Shown in pieces: positions 59,439-64,000 of a stretch of 64,000 nucleotides of DNA. A model generated the notes under the pieces. It did not search any database. It worked only from the letters and a program-made list of their open reading frames with translations, and was not told the DNA's origin. The DNA is from an uncultured Candidatus Saccharibacteria bacterium. Its GTDB lineage: Bacteria > Patescibacteriota > Minisyncoccia > Phycocordibacterales > PALSA-1337. Every line of letters starts with the position of its first letter. The stretch's first letter is position 1. The stretch is from the NCBI GenBank assembly GCA_964406895.1, contig CAYOTK010000003.1:9529-73528 (forward strand), in the 5' to 3' direction. Both the position numbers and the translations under genes were made by a program.

Positions 59439-61325
59439 TTATGATAGAACTGCTTTTATTCTTCTCACACCTTGCGCTACGGCCTCTTCCTTCTGAATTT
59501 TGAATTTCCATGAATGATTCGGCCCAGACAATTCATCTGTGTTGTTTACGTGCGGGCCGCCACAAAATTCTTTGGAATATGCTGATTGCAAATCATTGCC
59601 AATGAAATATATCGACACTTCATCACCGTATTTTTCTCCGAAGAAATGCTTGGCTCCTGTCTTCTCTGCTTCAGCAAATGGCAATACTATCTTATTTACT
59701 GGTAATTTTGCTTTGATTTTTTCATTTACTATGTCTTCGACTCGTTTCTTTTCTTCATCGGTCATCTTGGTTCCGTGTGCAAAATCAAAACGCAGTCTTT
59801 CTTTTGTAATATTCGAACCTTTCTGCATGACATTCGGGCCCAATACGTCAAACAGTGCCTGATGTAAGAGATGTGTGGCTGTATGATATCGGACAACCAT
59901 GTCATCATTTGCATCTGCTAGACCGCCCTTGAACTTCTGTTCAGCACCGGCGCGGGAAAGGGCTTGGTGTTTTTGAAATTCTTCGTTGAAACCTTTAATA
60001 TCAACATTCATATGTCTTTCTCCCGCTTCTTCAATTATTAGTTCTAAAGGGAAGCCATGATTTTGAAACAGGTCAAACGCTACTTTGCCCGAAATATGTT
60101 CTCTTTTTATACTGTCAACGATCTTATTGTCTTCATATTTGTGTGCAATTATTTTATCAAATTCTGCAAGCCCTCTTTTCAAAGTTTCCCTGAATTCATT
60201 CTCCTCGGCCAAAATTTCCTTCTTAATTAGCTCGCTTCTTTCATCAAGATTTTTATAGAGACCATTATAAACACCTCGAATAGAATCAACAATTTCTGAT
60301 ATTTGTCCTGATTTATTTATACCAATAAGACCTGCATGCCTTATGGCTCTGCGTATTAGCTTTCTTAGGACGTAACCGCGATCTGTGTTCGATGGTAATG
60401 CGCCGTCCGAAATCAAAAACGTTGAAGAACGTATATGATCAGCCACTATCCTAGCTGATTTTAATTGCTTATCATCAAATTTCGTAATTCCCGACAATTG
60501 AGATATCTTGTTCATGACCGGCTTCAACAAATCTGTATCATAAATATTATCGACTCCCTGCATGACCATGCATAGTCTTTCCAAACCAGCTCCTGTATCA
60601 ACATTTTTCTTTTCAAGTTTAGAAATTATTACCCCGTCTTTTTTTTCATATTCCATGAATACATCATTCCAGATCTCAACTACATCTCTCTTATCATCTG
60701 CGACATTATATTCCTCAGGGCTCATATCTCCCAATCCTTTCGGAGTTACATCATAAAACATTTCTGAACAAGGACCGGTCGGACCTGTCCAATTGTCTTT
60801 TCCTTTGACTGCTGGCCACCAATTCGCAGATGCATCCATGAAATATATTCTATTTTCGGGCAGACCAACTGATTTCCATATTTCGGCCGATTCTGAATCT
60901 TTTCCGGAATTTTTATCGCCCTCAAACACTGTTACATAAAGCCTTTTTGGATCCAAACCAAGACCTTCTTCTTTTGAAGTCAAAAATTCGTAACTCCACT
61001 TGATAGCTTCTTTCTTGAAATAATCACCCAATGACCAGTTGCCGAGCATTTCAAAAAATGTTGCGTGAGTTTTGTCGCCTATATCATCTATATCAATAGT
61101 TCTGAGACATTTCTGCGAGTCTGCCAATCTTTTGCCTGATGGATGATCTTTGCCCAATAGATACGGAATGAGTGGTTGCATTCCTGCAGTATTGAATAGC
61201 GTAGGATTTGTAATGCCTTTTTCGTCAGTTGTAATTAGTGAAGCAGAAGGAATAATGACGTGACCTCTTATCTTAAAGAATTCTAGAAATCTACTGCGTA
61301 TTTCATTGGATGTCATATATTTCAT
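59439..61325 (-). CDS. alaS: alanyl-tRNA synthetase (short form, 628 aa)
   Basis: N-terminal FLEFFKIRGH...SASL...NTAGMQP AlaRS catalytic-core motifs, and the HxxxH editing-region motif (HTATHLLH). It lacks the C-terminal oligomerisation domain. Confidence 0.85.
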   Translation of the reverse strand: MKYMTSNEIRSRFLEFFKIRGHVIIPSASLITTDEKGITNPTLFNTAGMQPLIPYLLGKDHPSGKRLADSQKCLRTIDIDDIGDKTHATFFEMLGNWSLGDYFKKEAIKWSYEFLTSKEEGLGLDPKRLYVTVFEGDKNSGKDSESAEIWKSVGLPENRIYFMDASANWWPAVKGKDNWTGPTGPCSEMFYDVTPKGLGDMSPEEYNVADDKRDVVEIWNDVFMEYEKKDGVIISKLEKKNVDTGAGLERLCMVMQGVDNIYDTDLLKPVMNKISQLSGITKFDDKQLKSARIVADHIRSSTFLISDGALPSNTDRGYVLRKLIRRAIRHAGLIGINKSGQISEIVDSIRGVYNGLYKNLDERSELIKKEILAEENEFRETLKRGLAEFDKIIAHKYEDNKIVDSIKREHISGKVAFDLFQNHGFPLELIIEEAGERHMNVDIKGFNEEFQKHQALSRAGAEQKFKGGLADANDDMVVRYHTATHLLHQALFDVLGPNVMQKGSNITKERLRFDFAHGTKMTDEEKKRVEDIVNEKIKAKLPVNKIVLPFAEAEKTGAKHFFGEKYGDEVSIYFIGNDLQSAYSKEFCGGPHVNNTDELSGPNHSWKFKIQKEEAVAQGVRRIKAVLS

Positions 61326-61390
61326 ACGACAATCATAATATGAATTTGAACAAATGTCATGTATTCAATTATGACTGCGAAATATATTAA

Positions 61391-63166
61391 TTACTTCAAA
61401 AGCTTTTCCAACTCATTGACATCATTCTCGATAATTTTCAAGCCACCCTCAAATACGCTCTTATCTTTGAGATCAATACCAATTTTTCTTAGAATGTTTT
61501 CAGGAGAATCAGAAGAACCTGCAGACAAGAATTGTTCTATTGATTTCCAGAATGATTTGTCTTGTTTATATTTCTGTAAGAGAGTCATGCTAACAAGCAA
61601 TCCATAAGCATAGGTATAAACATAGAAGAAATACCTAAGATGAGGCCAAGAAACATAACTTAAACCATCAGAATTTTCAAATTTCACAGAAGGACCCATA
61701 TAGGCAGACATATTACGATTATGAATATTCAATATCTCATTATTATCAACATAGCCTTTCGCTCGAATAGTGTTGTGAAGTTCTAGTTCAAACTTGAAAC
61801 AAGCGACTTGTCTGAATATGGTCGAAATAGAATCAGAAATTTTGTTGTGGAGGAAAATTATCTTGCTTTTCTTGTCCAGATCTTTTATCACACTATCAAA
61901 AGCAATTTTCTCAAATAAAGTGCTCGCAGTTTCAGCAAGTGAAATAGAATAATCCTCGTATATGACACTTTGCTTTTTCGACATTTCACTGTGGATAGCG
62001 TGCCCCATTTCGTGAGCAAATGTTAGGAAAGCATTGAGAGTATCGTCGTGGTTCAACATTATGTGTGTGGTGATTTTATGAGAAGAAGCACAATATGCAC
62101 CAACCTTTTTACCTACCTTAATCTCTGCATCAATAACACCTTCCTTGATATATGTATCCAAATATTTGATATATTCAGGATTGAGTTCAGAGTACATTTG
62201 TTTAAGTCTCTTAACACTATCATCAAAAGTAAACTTGGTTTTCGACTCATCAACCTTCAGACTTCTTTCGTAGTATTTAAGATATTTTAGTTTGTGAATT
62301 TTGGCTTTTAACTTATAGAATTTATGCGCAATATGATTGTGAGCAGAAACGACATCGATAAGATTTTCTATTACGTTTGCTTCATTGTCATTCATCAGTA
62401 ATGTTGCAGAGTAAGGCTTTTCGAAACCACGAAGTTCATCGTCAATTTTTTTATCAGTAAATATCGCATTGATTTCTGCTTCAGAGAATTCACTAACATG
62501 GCCTAGTTCAATATTAACAAGCTCATTTAGCTTGGCTCTTTCTTTGGCACTTTTTGTCTGACTGATTTTTTTTGTGGCTAGAGTAAGTGGCAATTTCTTA
62601 TTTTTCCAAATTATAGATCTCTTACCGAGAATTTTATCATTTCCATTTACCCATGATTCATATGAAGGCAGCGATTTCAAACTCAAAATTTTTTCTTCAG
62701 ATTCAGTGAGATTGTATTTGGCCTGTTCGAATACTCGCTTTAATAACTGTTTGTAATGACTAAGTTTTGGTTCAGCCAGGAATTTGACCTGATTGTCTTT
62801 TGAGATTTTGCCCAAACTTATACTGAAGAATGTAAGATTATTCAATATCTTCGAATGGCGATTTGATACAATAGCAGACTTTGCTAAGGCTTTACTATTA
62901 CCAGAATCAATCGTTAACAATCGTGATAAATAGAAAATAGGTTTATCAATTATTTCATCATTCATTCTTTCATTATCTTGCAGTGCTTGTAACAATAGAT
63001 CCGGATTATTCAAATACGGCTTATCGATCGTATTGTATTTCTTGCAGAATTCGTCAACTTTTTTCTCAATTTGGTCAAGATCAATATCAATCTGTGGGTC
63101 ATTCGGGGACTTGTATATGTTTTCTAACTTCCAGACTGGCAATTTTGATTTCTTATTTTTTTTCAT
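61391..63166 (-). CDS. pepF: oligoendopeptidase F (M3B family)
   Basis: HEMGHAIH zinc-binding HExxH motif; 591 aa. Confidence 0.85.
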   Translation of the reverse strand: MKKNKKSKLPVWKLENIYKSPNDPQIDIDLDQIEKKVDEFCKKYNTIDKPYLNNPDLLLQALQDNERMNDEIIDKPIFYLSRLLTIDSGNSKALAKSAIVSNRHSKILNNLTFFSISLGKISKDNQVKFLAEPKLSHYKQLLKRVFEQAKYNLTESEEKILSLKSLPSYESWVNGNDKILGKRSIIWKNKKLPLTLATKKISQTKSAKERAKLNELVNIELGHVSEFSEAEINAIFTDKKIDDELRGFEKPYSATLLMNDNEANVIENLIDVVSAHNHIAHKFYKLKAKIHKLKYLKYYERSLKVDESKTKFTFDDSVKRLKQMYSELNPEYIKYLDTYIKEGVIDAEIKVGKKVGAYCASSHKITTHIMLNHDDTLNAFLTFAHEMGHAIHSEMSKKQSVIYEDYSISLAETASTLFEKIAFDSVIKDLDKKSKIIFLHNKISDSISTIFRQVACFKFELELHNTIRAKGYVDNNEILNIHNRNMSAYMGPSVKFENSDGLSYVSWPHLRYFFYVYTYAYGLLVSMTLLQKYKQDKSFWKSIEQFLSAGSSDSPENILRKIGIDLKDKSVFEGGLKIIENDVNELEKLLK

Positions 63167-63764
63167 TTTGATTGTTGATTTTTGCTAGTATCTCCATGTC
63201 TTTCTTGAGATTGGGAATGTTATTTGGATTGTATACTCCCATGCATGGATGATATTGGATAACGACATTGATATTACCATAAGTAGTTTTTGCATCAAAA
63301 CTTCTACCATGAAGTTGACCTATCGGTGCAAGATGTGAATTTAATCCAAACTTTTCCATAATATAACCCATTGAATACCTGCCGAGCGCAACTATAATCT
63401 TTGGTTTAATAATTTCGATCTGCCTGTCTAGAAATGGTCCGTAGATTTTTATTTCTTCCTTCGTTGGGTCGCGATTTTCCGGCGGTCTATCTTTGACGAT
63501 GTTTGTAATGTAAATCAAGTTTCGAGTAATCTTTATATGCTCGAGTAATTGATCCAGTATTTTACCCGCAGCGCCACAAAAAGGTTTGCCTGTCTTGGCT
63601 TCATTTCTTCCTGGTGCTTCACCTACGAACATCATTTTTGCATCAAGACTTCCCTCTCCTATGACTGGAAAGAAATTATTTTGAGTTCTGTACTCATACA
63701 GCGGGGACTCTTTTAACGCAATAATTTCTTCATGAATAATGCGTATTTGTTCTGATTTAGTCAT
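63153..63764 (-). CDS. uracil-DNA glycosylase, family 4
   Basis: GEAPGRNEAKTGKPFCGAAGKILDQLL. Start set at the internal ATG (MTKSEQ...). Confidence 0.75.
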   Translation of the reverse strand: MTKSEQIRIIHEEIIALKESPLYEYRTQNNFFPVIGEGSLDAKMMFVGEAPGRNEAKTGKPFCGAAGKILDQLLEHIKITRNLIYITNIVKDRPPENRDPTKEEIKIYGPFLDRQIEIIKPKIIVALGRYSMGYIMEKFGLNSHLAPIGQLHGRSFDAKTTYGNINVVIQYHPCMGVYNPNNIPNLKKDMEILAKINNQNEKK

Positions 63765-64000
63765 GAGGATATTATGGCATTTTTCAATAAATATGCCTAT
63801 AAACAGGTCCGCCGCCAACCCATGGGGTAAGCGGCAGATTGAGTGCGGAGGCAAAGATCAAGTCTCGTTTGCGCCCGCCGAAACCAGTAGCTCATACAGG
63901 GCAGTGAGGCATAGCACGACGAGAAGCGCTACGGGTCCGAATACGTAGCACAATGTACCGGCGCATTTCCACGGATGCGGATGATTGCTTTTTGTGGTTT

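Noticed and set aside
60776-60795. Third copy of the GGTCGGACC palindrome inside alaS
   Set aside because: Only one half-site is present (ggaccggtcggacctgtcc), within coding sequence. It is a coincidental match.
63739-63948. 69-aa plus-strand ORF at the window end
   Set aside because: It overlaps the udg start region and runs into an uncharacterised GC-rich block. There is no SD or promoter support.
1-64000. CRISPR array / cas genes
   Set aside because: I found no regularly spaced direct repeats of 25-40 bp and no Cas-like proteins.

Overview
This is an AT-rich (~33% GC by eye) bacterial chromosomal segment. It has reduced-genome hallmarks that fit a CPR/Patescibacteria-like organism; that lineage call is an inference, not a database result. 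The hallmarks are a short ValRS and AlaRS, a DnaJ without zinc finger, and two sensor kinases with no response regulator.

Core genes:
- dcw cluster mraZ-rsmH-ftsL-ftsI-murF, then tRNA-Glu(CUC).
- A giant 1961-aa tandem-module surface protein (2x discoidin + CHB_HEX_C + GH43-like + FN3/Ig, C-terminal PG-binding domain).
- valS, two PlsC-type acyltransferases, a HAD hydrolase and two multi-TM histidine kinases.
- A secreted PKD protein with triple WSSNIGWISF repeats.
- yqeY, rmuC, rplU, dnaB-recR, cysS, a corA-like gene, ctp, rplI/rpmA, an SLT-like protein, an M23 peptidase and gltX.
- On the minus strand: murG-ftsW-scpB-scpA-trpS-dnaJ-dnaK, then grpE, rpsI-rplM, rplQ-rpoA-rpsD-rpsK-rpsM-rpmJ-infA, two hypotheticals, alaS, pepF and a family-4 UDG.

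At least nine short high-GC (~48-58%) islands are superimposed on this backbone (1-430, 5440-5700, 7385-8650, 22590-22860, 24320-25560, 34500-35330, 35540-35810, 49870-52230, 63780-end). Each has a near-consensus sigma70-type promoter, one or two ORFs I cannot assign to any family, and a hairpin. One island splits the otherwise contiguous grpE-dnaK-dnaJ heat-shock operon. That island carries a 35-bp perfect inverted repeat forming a ~150-nt hairpin. A palindrome (GGTCGGACC-N7-GGTCCGACC) sits in that island and recurs at the right end of island 1 (399-423).

I found no CRISPR array, rRNA, transposase or integrase.
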